Notes under the pieces: generated by a model
Database searches by the model: none
What the model saw: only the letters and a program-made list of their open reading frames with translations
What the model was told of the DNA's origin: nothing
In this document: positions 11,935 through 22,153 of the stretch, in pieces
Position numbering within the stretch: the first letter of the stretch is position 1
Layout: each line of letters begins with the position of its first letter
Sequence record: DRR723986_4199
Length of the DNA: 64,000 nt
Reading direction: 5' to 3' (one strand)
Position numbers and translations under genes: made by a program

Positions 11935-14112
11935 GTGAGTAGTTCAGGGGACATCGCGAACAGTTTGAACCCACAAAGAATGGGCAGACAGTCATTTTGG
12001 GTCAGTTTGATGGAGTTGCTGGGCTCCATGCGTTTTGCAATCAGCCTGCTGACGCTGATTTGTATCGCCTCCGCGATTGGTACGGTGGTTGGTCAGGCTG
12101 ATCCCTGGGTGAACTACGTGAACCAGTTTGGGCCTTTCTGGGCGTCTTTTTTTGAGCCCATGGGTTTGTTCCGAATTTACAACGCGCCATGGTTTATCGC
12201 TGTGATGGCGTTTTTGGTGGTGTCTACTTCCCTCTGTGTGTACCGCAATACGCCGAAGATGATCAAGGAAATGCGGGTGTATCGCGAGAACATTCGCGAG
12301 AACAGCCTGAGGGCATTTGCCCACCGGTGGGAGGGTCATTTCCGCGAAAGACCTGATGCACTCCCGGGCATCATCACCGAGTGGCTGGAGCACAAAGGTT
12401 TCAAAGTGAAGCAGTCGGTGCGTGAGAACGGCACCATGGTGGCCGCCAAGGCCGGCAGTGCAAATCGTTTTGGCTACATTGCGGCACATTTGTCGATTAT
12501 TGTCATTTGCATCGGTGGGCTATTGGACAGTGGCGTACCTTTGCAGATTGCAGTGTGGGCAACTGGCAAAACGCCTGTGACTGGCGCTGAAATCACCGCG
12601 GGGATACCGGAAAAAGCGCGCCTGGCTGAATCGAACCCAAGTTACCGAGCCAATTTGCTCTTGCCAGAGGGTGAAACCAGCCGAGTGGCTGTGTTGAACA
12701 CCGATGATGGTTTGCTGGTGCAAGACCTGCCGTTTGAGCTGACCCTGAAAGAATTCCGGATTGATTTTTACAGCACGGGCATGCCCAAACTGTTTGCCAG
12801 CGATGTTGAGGTTTTTGACCCAGACACTCAGGAGCGGTTCGAGGCCACCATTGAGGTGAATAAACCTTTGATCTACAAGGGTGTGACGGTGTATCAGTCC
12901 AGCTTTGATGATGGTGGCACCAAAGTTCAGCTCAAAGGCATTCCGCTGACGGGTGAGCGTGATTATCGCTTTGACCTCGATGGAGTGGTGGGCGGTGGCC
13001 GAGATCTCAGCCAGTTGCAAGGTGATCTGAGACAGGATTTGAAAGTGGAGTTTACTGCGTTCAAATCAATTAATGTTGAGGCATTGCCGGTGGACAATTC
13101 GGAGCAGGTCAGTGTGGATGATCTGGCTTTGGGCAATGCCGACGCGCTGTCGCCTTTCGAGACCAACCTGGCCAGCGTCTTGGGTCCGGGTGTGAAAGAA
13201 GATGCCAAGACCAAATTCACAAATATTGGCCCCAGCATTACTTACAAGCTGCGTGACCAGGCGGGGCAGGCCAGGGAGTTTCACAATTACATGTTGCCGA
13301 TAAACCTGGACGGCGGACGTTATTATCTGGCGGGTGTTCGTGAAACCCCTGCGGATGGTTTCAAGTATTTGCGAATCCCAGTGGATGACAATGGTCAGCT
13401 GGAGGGTTTTATGCGGTTTCGCGCTGCAGTTCAAAATGACGAAATACGAAAGCTTGCTGCCCAGCGATTTGCGCAGCAGGCCTTTGGCGATCGCCCGGAT
13501 TCAGCCCAATTGGTGGCCAGTGTGGCTGACAGCGCTCAGCGTGCGCTCGAGCGGTTTGCAGGTGTGAATGGCGATCTGTCTGGTTTGCCTGCGATTGCCC
13601 AGTTCATCGAAAGCACCGTGCCAGAGGGCGAGCGCGAGAAAGCCAGTGACGTGATTATTCGTTTGTTACAAGGTGCGATGTGGGAGGTTTATCAACTTTC
13701 ACGCACCACCGCCAACTTGCCTGCGGCGGTGCCTGATGAGGTGCATGGACGGTTTGTACAGGATTCGCAAATTGCCCTGTCTGATTTGTCGTTGTATGGC
13801 GCGCCAGTAATGTTTCAGCTTGACCAGTTCGACGAGGTGAAGGCCAGTGTGTTTCAGTTGGCCAAAGCCCCGGGGCAATGGATCGTCTATCTGGGTTGTT
13901 TGTTTTTGTGCATCGGGGTATTTTCGATGTTCTACATCCGTGAGCGCAGGGCATTTTTCTGGGTCACGCAGGATGAGGACGGTTCTAAAGTGATGATGGG
14001 CATGTCCACCACTCGAAAGACCATGGATTTTGAAAAAGAGTACGAGCAGTTTGTAAATGAATTGAACAGCAGGGCTGCGCCTAAAGCAGCCTCGGCAGGA
14101 GATGCGGTATGA
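11935..14112 (+). CDS. resB: Cytochrome c biogenesis protein ResB/Ccs1 (System II)
   Basis: LGSMRFAISLL, GYIAAHLS, PKLFAS, VNKPL, PGQWIVYLG. Confidence 0.93.
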   Translation: MSSSGDIANSLNPQRMGRQSFWVSLMELLGSMRFAISLLTLICIASAIGTVVGQADPWVNYVNQFGPFWASFFEPMGLFRIYNAPWFIAVMAFLVVSTSLCVYRNTPKMIKEMRVYRENIRENSLRAFAHRWEGHFRERPDALPGIITEWLEHKGFKVKQSVRENGTMVAAKAGSANRFGYIAAHLSIIVICIGGLLDSGVPLQIAVWATGKTPVTGAEITAGIPEKARLAESNPSYRANLLLPEGETSRVAVLNTDDGLLVQDLPFELTLKEFRIDFYSTGMPKLFASDVEVFDPDTQERFEATIEVNKPLIYKGVTVYQSSFDDGGTKVQLKGIPLTGERDYRFDLDGVVGGGRDLSQLQGDLRQDLKVEFTAFKSINVEALPVDNSEQVSVDDLALGNADALSPFETNLASVLGPGVKEDAKTKFTNIGPSITYKLRDQAGQAREFHNYMLPINLDGGRYYLAGVRETPADGFKYLRIPVDDNGQLEGFMRFRAAVQNDEIRKLAAQRFAQQAFGDRPDSAQLVASVADSAQRALERFAGVNGDLSGLPAIAQFIESTVPEGEREKASDVIIRLLQGAMWEVYQLSRTTANLPAAVPDEVHGRFVQDSQIALSDLSLYGAPVMFQLDQFDEVKASVFQLAKAPGQWIVYLGCLFLCIGVFSMFYIRERRAFFWVTQDEDGSKVMMGMSTTRKTMDFEKEYEQFVNELNSRAAPKAASAGDAV

Positions 14113-15449
14113 GTTCGACCTGGATCAATCAAACCCCAGCGGGCGATAAGCCAGGCTTGCCCACGAAAAAGGCGGGTTGGTTTTCAAAATCATTTCACTG
14201 GAGCGACTTTGCGTTTGCCGCTTTGTTGGTGGCTGCTGCGGGTTATGCCTCGCAGCAATACCACAGCTTCATGGATATTTACGAGATCACCATTTTGTGG
14301 AGTTGTGTGCCAGTGACTGCCTACATGGCTTATCGCTGGGGATCACTGAAATGGTTGATTTTGACCGTAGCGGGCTTGAGCTTGCTGGCGATTTCAAGTT
14401 ATGGCGGTGATTTGGCAGCCGCTGAGCAGAAGTTTTTCCTGAAGTATCTGCTTTCAAGTCAATCCGCCATCTTGTGGATGGGTGTGATGTTTGTGGTAGC
14501 CACTGTGTCCTACTGGATTGGTTTGGTGGGACGTTCACCCACAGCGGGTTTTGTAGGCACGGCGTTGACTTGGGGCGCGGTGGTGATGGGTTTTGCCGGC
14601 ATGTTCATTCGCTGGTATGAGAGTTATCTGATTGGACCGGACGTGGGCCATATCCCGGTGTCAAACCTGTATGAAGTGTTTGTGCTGTTTGCCCTGATTA
14701 CGGCGATCTACTACCTGTTTTACGAGCAGGTGTATAAAACCCGGCAGTTGGGTGCTTTTGTCATGTTGGTGGTGGTGGCCGCGGTGGGCTTTCTCGCCTG
14801 GTACGGCGTGGAGCGCCAGGCCTATGCAATCCAGCCCTTGGTGCCTGCCCTGCAAAGCTGGTGGATGAAAATTCACGTACCAGCCAATTTCATTGGTTAT
14901 GGCACTTTCTCGATCGCGGCGATGGTGGCGTTCGCTTACCTGTTGAAGGTGTATGCCCATGCGCCCAGTATCAAGGCATTAATTCCCACAGGTATTTTGG
15001 GTGTGTTGATGTTCCTGGAGCCCATGGTATTTCGCACCGAAGGGATATCGATTTACTGGGCACTGTACCTGGGCATTGGTTGCGCCGTGGTGGGTGCGAT
15101 TTTGCTGGCGCGCAAGCGCATTGCAGATGCCCTGCCCCCGCTGGAAGTACTTGACGACGTAATGTACAAGTCGATTGCCGTGGGTTTTGCATTTTTCACA
15201 GTGGCCACCATTTTGGGCGCATTGTGGGCTGCGGAGGCCTGGGGCGCATATTGGCAATGGGACCCGAAGGAAACCTGGGCGCTGGTGGTTTGGTTGAACT
15301 ATGCTGCCTGGCTACACATGCGTCTGGTGAAAGGCCTGCGTGGCGTGGTCGCTTCCTATTGGGCTCTGGTGGGCTTGCTGGTGACCGGATTTGCTTTCCT
15401 GGGCGTGAACATGTTCTTGTCCGGTTTGCATTCCTATGGCGAGTTGTAA
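14109..15449 (+). CDS. resC: Cytochrome c synthase ResC/CcsA (System II)
   Basis: WWD domain WAAEAWGAYWQWDPKETWA; HIPVSNLYE; GLHSY. Confidence 0.96.
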   Translation: MSSTWINQTPAGDKPGLPTKKAGWFSKSFHWSDFAFAALLVAAAGYASQQYHSFMDIYEITILWSCVPVTAYMAYRWGSLKWLILTVAGLSLLAISSYGGDLAAAEQKFFLKYLLSSQSAILWMGVMFVVATVSYWIGLVGRSPTAGFVGTALTWGAVVMGFAGMFIRWYESYLIGPDVGHIPVSNLYEVFVLFALITAIYYLFYEQVYKTRQLGAFVMLVVVAAVGFLAWYGVERQAYAIQPLVPALQSWWMKIHVPANFIGYGTFSIAAMVAFAYLLKVYAHAPSIKALIPTGILGVLMFLEPMVFRTEGISIYWALYLGIGCAVVGAILLARKRIADALPPLEVLDDVMYKSIAVGFAFFTVATILGALWAAEAWGAYWQWDPKETWALVVWLNYAAWLHMRLVKGLRGVVASYWALVGLLVTGFAFLGVNMFLSGLHSYGEL

Positions 15450-15478
15450 TCAGGTCGGCGATTGGCGCAGCGAGCAAT

Positions 15479-15514
15479 AAAAAAGCCCCGGTTCGTTGGA
15501 ATCGGGGCTTTTTT
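15479..15514. terminator. Bidirectional terminator between resC and lysA
   Basis: AAAAAAGCCCCGGTTC-GTTG-GAATCGGGGCTTTTTT. Confidence 0.88.
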
Positions 15515-15533
15515 CATACGTGGATGTAATTAA

Positions 15534-16841
15534 TTAAACGTCGAGTTCCGGGCGAAGCTGGTCTTCGATGGTTTCGCGCCGGCGAATCAAGGTAACTTTG
15601 CCGTTTTCCAAAAGTACCTCGGCTGCACGGCCGCGGCTGTTGTAATTCGAGGCCATGGTTTGGCCGTACGCACCCGCCGATAAAATGGCGAGGTAGTCGC
15701 CCTGTTCTATCGCCAGTGTGCGGTTTTTTGCCAGCCAATCTCCCGACTCGCACACGGGCCCCACAACGTCATAATCCTGCACAGCGGCATGGGGGTTGTT
15801 TTGTACAGCCACCACACCATGGAATGCTTTGTACATTGCCGGGCGCATCAGGTCATTCATGGCGGCGTCTACAATCGCGAAGTGTTTGCCTTCATTCTCT
15901 TTCAGGAATTCAACCTGGGTGAGCAAAACCCCTGCATTGCCTACAATGGAGCGTCCCGGCTCGAATGACAGGGTGGGCATACCGCGACCCTTGGCTTGAG
16001 CCCAGCTTTGAACTTTGCTGATTAATTTGGGCAGTACTTCGGCTGGCGTCGGTGGGGTTTCGTCCAGATATCGAATACCAATACCGCCGCCCAGATCGAG
16101 GTGATTGATTTCAATGCCCTCGGCTGCCAATTGGTCTAGCAACGCCAATACCCGGTCAAGCGCATCGAAATAGGGGCTTGCATCCGTGAGTTGAGAGCCA
16201 ATGTGGCAATCAATGCCATGCACATTCAGCCATGGGTGAGAATTGGCAAATTGATAAACCCGTTTGGCCGCGTTCATCGACACGCCAAATTTGTTTTCTT
16301 TGAGGCCCGTGGAAATGTAAGGGTGGGTTTTTGCATCGACATCGGGATTCACGCGCAGCGACACATTGGCTTTCCGTTGCAATTTTTCGGCAACCAGGGC
16401 CACGCGCTCCATTTCGGCCTCAGATTCAACGTTGAAGCAGCCCACGCCTTGACCCAGTGCGTATTCAATTTCCTGCATGGATTTGCCCACGCCCGCGAAT
16501 ACAGCCTTTTCAGGTGCGCCACCGGCCGCAATGACACGGGCCAGTTCTCCGGCGGAGACGATGTCGAACCCTGCACCCTCTTGGGCCAGCAACTTCAGAA
16601 TGTGAATGTTGGAGTTAGCTTTGACCGCGTAGCAGATGGTGACTTGCGCCAGACCCTGACAGGCACTGGCATATGCATGGTAAGCCGCTTTGATCGACGA
16701 GGCGGAATACACATACAGGGGGGTTCCGAATTCTTGTGCCAAACCGGACAGTTCGGTGTTCTCAAATTGAAGTTCACCACTGGCTGCATCGAACTGCAAG
16801 TAAGGGTTGAGATCGCTTGGATTCACTGAGTTGTTTTGCAC
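15534..16841 (-). CDS. lysA: Diaminopimelate decarboxylase
   Basis: YAVKANS (PLP Lys), HIGSQ, DLGGG, EPGR, GPVCESGD. Confidence 0.98.
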   Translation of the reverse strand: MQNNSVNPSDLNPYLQFDAASGELQFENTELSGLAQEFGTPLYVYSASSIKAAYHAYASACQGLAQVTICYAVKANSNIHILKLLAQEGAGFDIVSAGELARVIAAGGAPEKAVFAGVGKSMQEIEYALGQGVGCFNVESEAEMERVALVAEKLQRKANVSLRVNPDVDAKTHPYISTGLKENKFGVSMNAAKRVYQFANSHPWLNVHGIDCHIGSQLTDASPYFDALDRVLALLDQLAAEGIEINHLDLGGGIGIRYLDETPPTPAEVLPKLISKVQSWAQAKGRGMPTLSFEPGRSIVGNAGVLLTQVEFLKENEGKHFAIVDAAMNDLMRPAMYKAFHGVVAVQNNPHAAVQDYDVVGPVCESGDWLAKNRTLAIEQGDYLAILSAGAYGQTMASNYNSRGRAAEVLLENGKVTLIRRRETIEDQLRPELDV

Positions 16842-16868
16842 GGTAAAATTTGCTCGAAAATTGTAGGT

Positions 16869-17027
16869 TTAGCGGTTTTGCTGTTGTTCAGGTTTGTCGT
16901 AGCCAGCAGGCTTGGGCAGGGGGGCTGGTGGCTCGGGTAAATAAAGTGGCCCGCGTTGACCGCAAGCACTCAGGCCCAGGGCAAACAAGGTGACAATGGC
17001 CAATATTCTTAGAGGTGATTTTTTCAT
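16869..17027 (-). CDS. lptM: Small outer-membrane lipoprotein LptM/YifL
   Basis: MKKSPLRILAIVTLFALGLSACGQRGPLYLP: lipobox plus CGxxGPLYLP motif; typical position between cyaY and lysA. Confidence 0.9.
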   Translation of the reverse strand: MKKSPLRILAIVTLFALGLSACGQRGPLYLPEPPAPLPKPAGYDKPEQQQNR

Positions 17028-17352
17028 GACAGACACGGAATTCCAGGCGGTGGTGGATGCCACTTTGGTTCAAGTAGAAGAGTATATTGAATCCTTGGTC
17101 GATACGCTGGACCTTGATGCAGATTCAATGCGCTCGGGCAATGTATTAACCCTTGATTTTGAAGACAAAGGCAAGATGATTTTGAACAGCCAAGTGGCCA
17201 ACCACGAGTTGTGGCTTGCTGCAAAATCGGGTGGTTTTCATTACCAATACGCCAATGGTGAATGGTTAGACACCCGCAGTAAAACTCCGTTCAGAACTCA
17301 TTTTGTTGAGCTGTTAAGCGGCCAATTGGGGCAACACTGCCCCAAGTTTTAG
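17026..17352 (+). CDS. cyaY: Iron donor protein CyaY (frataxin)
   Basis: MTDTEF, GNVLTLDF, ELWLAAKSGGFHY; GAGGTG SD upstream. Confidence 0.95.
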   Translation: MTDTEFQAVVDATLVQVEEYIESLVDTLDLDADSMRSGNVLTLDFEDKGKMILNSQVANHELWLAAKSGGFHYQYANGEWLDTRSKTPFRTHFVELLSGQLGQHCPKF

Positions 17353-17357
17353 GCCAT

Positions 17358-19835
17358 TTAATTATTGCCAAACAATCGTTCAATGTCATCCCGCGGCTGT
17401 TCACGTGGTCGCACAGGTGCTGCGTGACTGGTGCCATCACCCGCCGTGGGATTGTCACTGATGGGTGCTTCACCACTACCCTCGAGCATCCCTCCCAAGC
17501 CTTTCAGGAAGTTAAACAGACTCGGAATGTCGTCACCGCCACCGTTCACATCAATGCGGGCTACACCGTTGCCGGGTGTGTATTCGGAGTAATAATAATT
17601 TCCGTCGATGTATTCAATGCCAGGAGGAACAACCTGGGGCCTCTCTGGCAAATCAGCCAGCGCTACTTTCATGTAGTCAATCCAGATTGGCAATGCCAGA
17701 CCACCACCGGTTTCGCGGGCGCCCAGATTGCGAGGCTGATCATAGCCGACCCAAGCCACGGCTGAAATGTCGGTGTTGTAGCCGGCAAACCAGGCGTCAT
17801 GGCTGTCGTTGGTCGTACCCGTTTTACCCACAATATCTCCACGATTAAGCACTTTGGCCCGGGTGGCAGTGCCGCGCTCAACCACTTCGCGCAGAAGGCG
17901 GGTGGTCAGGAATGCATTGCGGGCGTCAATCACACGATTGGCTTCTTCACCCGCCACAGCGGGGCGCGCGCGCGCCACAATTCGACCGGTGCCATCGGTG
18001 ATTTTTTCAATTAAATAGGGTTTTATCCGGTAGCCAGAATTGGCAAATACGGCAAATGCGCTCGCCATTTGTAGTGGGTTTGTAGTGACAGCACCCAAGG
18101 CCATGGTGAGGTAAGGGGGCACATTGGCAGCAGGAAATCCGAATTGCGTGGCCCACCGCTGGCCGTATTGCGGGGTAATTTCTTGCAGCACACGAATGGA
18201 CACCATGTTTTTCGATTTGGCCAGGCCTTCCTTCAGCAGCATGGGGCCATCGTACTTGCCATCGTAGTTTTTCGGGCTCCAGTCCTTGCCACCCGGGGTG
18301 TCGGCAGGCACAAAAATGGGCTCATCGGCCACCAGTGTGGTGGGTGTGATTCCCTTTTCAAGTGCAGCAGAATACACAAACGGCTTGAACGCTGAACCCG
18401 GTTGGCGAGTAGCCTGGGTGACATGGTTGAATTTGTTGCGGGAGAATTCAAACCCGCCGGACAGGGCGCGGATTGCACCGTCTTTGGTGCTGATGGCAAT
18501 GAATGCAGCTTCCACTTCAGGCAATTGTGTCAGCATGGGTGGCTGGTCTTTGCGTTTCAGAATGCGAACCACCGCACCGCGTTTCAGTCGTTTATTGGCT
18601 GGGGCACGTTCATTTAACCAGCTTTCTGCAGGCTTCAGGCTTGCCCCAGTGAGTTTCAGGGGTTCACCAGCGCCTTGCGACACTACCACTTCAGTGGGGC
18701 TGGCTGACAACACCACTGCGCTCTGCAAAAAGCCGTAGTCGGTGTAGTCACTGATGTTGTCACCGATGACTTCTTCAGCTTCTTTGGGATCGTTGGGCAG
18801 TTCGATGTAGCCTTCAGGACCACGGAAAAATTGACGCAGTTCGTAATCCATCACGCTGTTGCGCAAGGCGCGCTGGGCAGCGCGCTGTTCTTTGGCGATC
18901 AAGGTTGTAGTAACGGTGATACCCGAGGTGTAGGCCTCTTCGCCATACATTTCAACCACAGCCTGGCGTGCCATTTCTGCTGCATAGTCGGCATTGATTG
19001 TCAGTCCGGTGGTGGCCTCGATGTCATCGCCGTTGGCTTTGCGATTGCGGTACACCAACTCGGTGTTCAAGGCTTCCTCAAACTGTGCATCATCCAGATA
19101 CTCGAGGTCGTTCATGCGCCGCAGCACATATTCCTGGCGTACGCGTGCACGGCTTGGATTGACGATCGGATTGTAGGCAGAGGGTGCTTTCGGCAAACCA
19201 GCCAACATGGCTGCCTCTGCCGCATTGATGTCGCGCAGAGGTTTGCCGAAATAAACCTGCGAGGCAGATTGAAACCCGTAGGCGCGTTGACCCAGATAAA
19301 TCTGGTTGATGTACAACTCCAGAATTTCATCTTTACTCAGATTGTCTTCAATTTTGTAGGCCAGCAGCACTTCATACAGTTTGCGGGTCCAGGTTTTGTC
19401 TCGAGTTAGAAAGAAATTGCGGGCAACCTGCATGGTAATCGTGCTGGCGCCCTGTGTGCGCCCACCCGAGGTGACGTTGGTCACCAAGGCCCTCGCAACG
19501 CCCATGAAGTCAATGCCGCCATGTTCGTAGAACCGGTCGTCCTCAGCCGCCAGGATCGCTTGTTGCATGACCAAGGGTACTTCAGTGATGTCGACTGGCC
19601 GGCGACGTTCCTCGCCAAATTCACCAATCAGTACGCCATCTGAGGTCAACACGCGCAAAGGTACCTTGGGCCGGTAGTCAGTCAAGGTGTCGAGGTCGGG
19701 CAACTTCGGGAAAATGAGTGCCAGGGCAACACCCACAAGCAGTGCGCCAGACACGCCAAGGCCGATGAGTACGGTGAGCGCAGTCGCGATAAAGCCATCG
19801 GAGTGATGCTTGAGGCGGATTTTGTTTGAATTCAC
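17358..19835 (-). CDS. mrcA: Penicillin-binding protein 1A
   Basis: Transglycosylase EDDRFYEH, GASTITMQ; transpeptidase SAFK, SKN, KTG; divergent from pil cluster. Confidence 0.96.
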   Translation of the reverse strand: MNSNKIRLKHHSDGFIATALTVLIGLGVSGALLVGVALALIFPKLPDLDTLTDYRPKVPLRVLTSDGVLIGEFGEERRRPVDITEVPLVMQQAILAAEDDRFYEHGGIDFMGVARALVTNVTSGGRTQGASTITMQVARNFFLTRDKTWTRKLYEVLLAYKIEDNLSKDEILELYINQIYLGQRAYGFQSASQVYFGKPLRDINAAEAAMLAGLPKAPSAYNPIVNPSRARVRQEYVLRRMNDLEYLDDAQFEEALNTELVYRNRKANGDDIEATTGLTINADYAAEMARQAVVEMYGEEAYTSGITVTTTLIAKEQRAAQRALRNSVMDYELRQFFRGPEGYIELPNDPKEAEEVIGDNISDYTDYGFLQSAVVLSASPTEVVVSQGAGEPLKLTGASLKPAESWLNERAPANKRLKRGAVVRILKRKDQPPMLTQLPEVEAAFIAISTKDGAIRALSGGFEFSRNKFNHVTQATRQPGSAFKPFVYSAALEKGITPTTLVADEPIFVPADTPGGKDWSPKNYDGKYDGPMLLKEGLAKSKNMVSIRVLQEITPQYGQRWATQFGFPAANVPPYLTMALGAVTTNPLQMASAFAVFANSGYRIKPYLIEKITDGTGRIVARARPAVAGEEANRVIDARNAFLTTRLLREVVERGTATRAKVLNRGDIVGKTGTTNDSHDAWFAGYNTDISAVAWVGYDQPRNLGARETGGGLALPIWIDYMKVALADLPERPQVVPPGIEYIDGNYYYSEYTPGNGVARIDVNGGGDDIPSLFNFLKGLGGMLEGSGEAPISDNPTAGDGTSHAAPVRPREQPRDDIERLFGNN

Positions 19836-20014
19836 AGGTCGGAACAGGATTGGTGTTGGTGGCTACATTGTATCTGCCAACGCACGGGAATTTCCGATCG
19901 TTGACTCTAGTGTTGAATTCGTACTCTCCCCCTTGTGGTTGTCCCCTCCAATGAGGGTTAGCTGGCCCCGCCGAATTCTCTACCCTGAAGCTCTACCTTG
20001 CTCAGGGTTTATCC

Positions 20015-20983
20015 ATGAAATTACTTCGAAATTGGATTTTCAGTTTGCACGCAGGCGCCGCCCATGCATTGTCGATCTCCTTCAGTGGGGCGAGGTGGCG
20101 TTGGGTTTACGGTGAAATTGAACGTCAGAGCCGACTGTCGTTCAAGTCGATTCGTGCATCGGGTGGGGGCAATTTCGAGGTTGCTCCTCAGGGGGATGCC
20201 TTGTTGGATGCGCAATCACTTGGAAAAGCGATGGTCGATGCAATCGGGGCTCTCCCTGCCGCCTTCGTCAAGCCCCAGTTCGTGGTGGTCTCCGTGCCGT
20301 CCAAACATGCTTACCTGGGCGAGATTGGGGTTGCCAAGGATGAGCGCGAGAATTTGATTCGTTTCCAGATTCAGGAGTTGATGGAGGCCGCTGCAGGGGA
20401 ATCGGAGCGAGAAGCGGCTTTCGATTGGCAGGTGAAGGCAGAGCTGTCCGACGGCAGTGTGAGTCTGGCTGTTGCGGGCATCGATCAAAAACAGGTCGAT
20501 GAAATCCTCCGTGCATGCCAGTCCTGTGGCGTGACCTGTCTGGGTATTACGCTGGACACAGTGGCTGCCATGAACGGCTATTGGCAGATGGCCCCTGCTG
20601 CGTGGAAGTCGGCAGATGTTCGATTTCTCTTACACGGTGAATTGTCTCGCCACCATGTGCGATTGGCCGTTTTTTCCCAGGGTGTGTTGTTCAATGAAAG
20701 CTGGGAGCACAGCGAAGATGGTTTCTCGGTGGTGCAGGCCGTGTCTGCGCTGGAGCGCCTGGTGTCAACCTGGACAAGGGATGGGGCTCCAGAGGAGGTG
20801 GCCTCGGTTCGCCTGATTCTTGGGGGCGAACTGATGTACGCCAAAGGGTGTGAGTCTACAGTCAAGCGCAGTCAGACCCTGTCGCCCCGTTTAATTGACA
20901 TTTCTCCCCGAAAAGAGCTGCAGGGCCGTTGGCATGACGATGTGGTGCCATTTGGCGCCTTGGAGGCCATGCCATGCGAGTGA
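20015..20983 (+). CDS. Highly diverged PilM-like type IV pilus alignment protein
   Basis: Position between mrcA and pilN; size fits; canonical N-terminal GxDIG motif not recognisable. Confidence 0.6.
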   Translation: MKLLRNWIFSLHAGAAHALSISFSGARWRWVYGEIERQSRLSFKSIRASGGGNFEVAPQGDALLDAQSLGKAMVDAIGALPAAFVKPQFVVVSVPSKHAYLGEIGVAKDERENLIRFQIQELMEAAAGESEREAAFDWQVKAELSDGSVSLAVAGIDQKQVDEILRACQSCGVTCLGITLDTVAAMNGYWQMAPAAWKSADVRFLLHGELSRHHVRLAVFSQGVLFNESWEHSEDGFSVVQAVSALERLVSTWTRDGAPEEVASVRLILGGELMYAKGCESTVKRSQTLSPRLIDISPRKELQGRWHDDVVPFGALEAMPCE

Positions 20984-21552
20984 TTTTATTCAACCTTTAC
21001 CCCTACCGGGCCCTGCGGGAGACGCGCAGGAGACGTCGCTTGATTGCAGAGTTGACAGTAGGTGTCGTGATTGGTTTGGCGGCTTGTTATGCGATTGGAA
21101 GCGAATTCGCCGAGCGAGCGGCAAGACAGGAAGTTTTTCTTGGACATTTGAGCGCCATGGAGTCAGAAATGGCTACGCGTGTGGCGGAGGTTCAAGCCAT
21201 GAAGGACAAGGTTGCGGTGCTGAATCGTCAGGTAAGCGCTCTAGAGGCGGTGGAAAAAGAATCCATTCTGGCAAGCCGCTGGGTTTCATACCTGGATGGC
21301 ACGGTGCCTTCCAATGTGTCGATGACACGTTTGTTTGTCAGCAAAGACGTGTTGATCATCAATGGGTTCACTGATGCGGTGTCTAGCTTGGCGCAGTGGG
21401 TCGATCAAATGGAGGCTGGCAATAGTTTGTTCGAGTCGGTCGATCTCGTCTCTGTGACTGAGCCGAAGAAGACGGTGAAGGGGGTGATCGACAACCGCCA
21501 CTTGTTTGAGATCAAAGCCATTTTAAGGGGTGCTCAGCATGCGTCTGGATGA
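20974..21552 (+). CDS. pilN: PilN-like protein
   Basis: FNLYPYR (diverged INLLP motif), basic stretch, TM helix, coiled coil. Confidence 0.8.
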   Translation: MRVILFNLYPYRALRETRRRRRLIAELTVGVVIGLAACYAIGSEFAERAARQEVFLGHLSAMESEMATRVAEVQAMKDKVAVLNRQVSALEAVEKESILASRWVSYLDGTVPSNVSMTRLFVSKDVLIINGFTDAVSSLAQWVDQMEAGNSLFESVDLVSVTEPKKTVKGVIDNRHLFEIKAILRGAQHASG

Positions 21553-22153
21553 GATGAGTTTTCGGGACTTGGTCGATGAGTTGCCTTTGCTTCCTTTCTC
21601 CAAAAGGCTGTTGTTGATTGCTGTGCTCTGGCTGGTGTTTCTGGTGCTGGGTTATGTGCTGTTCTGGAAAGACAGTTTGACCATCAGCACGCAACTTGAA
21701 ACCAATATTCAGGAGTCGTTGGGGCGACTGGATGCGCAATCTCAGCTCCTGCTGGATCGGCCTGTCATTGAGGCTGAGCTGGCCGAGCTTGAGGCGCAGC
21801 TGCCTTTGTTGAAGATGGCCCTGCCGTCCGAGCGAGAACTGGCCTCACTGCTGGCGCGGATTAATGACGTCATTCTGGATCATGAGTTGAAGCTGTCTGA
21901 ATTTACGCCCAAAGAGCCACTGAACCGTGAGGTGATGCGAGTAGTGCCCGTGACTGTCAGTGTGCGCGGTGATGGCGATGCAATATCACGTCTGCCCAAT
22001 CACATCGCTGCGCTGAGCCGCCAGGTCAGTTTGAAGGAGTTTGACATGGCTTATCTGCCCGATGAAGGGGGCTGGCAAATGACCGGCGAGCTCAATGCCT
22101 TTGCACAATTGCCTACGAATACACCGCCAGTTGAGGAGGTCAAGAATCCATGA
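21530..22153 (+). CDS. pilO: PilO-like protein
   Basis: N-terminal TM, coiled coil, LPSERELASLL, VPVTVSVRG, IAALSRQV; start may be 21539. Confidence 0.85.
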   Translation: MLSMRLDEMSFRDLVDELPLLPFSKRLLLIAVLWLVFLVLGYVLFWKDSLTISTQLETNIQESLGRLDAQSQLLLDRPVIEAELAELEAQLPLLKMALPSERELASLLARINDVILDHELKLSEFTPKEPLNREVMRVVPVTVSVRGDGDAISRLPNHIAALSRQVSLKEFDMAYLPDEGGWQMTGELNAFAQLPTNTPPVEEVKNP

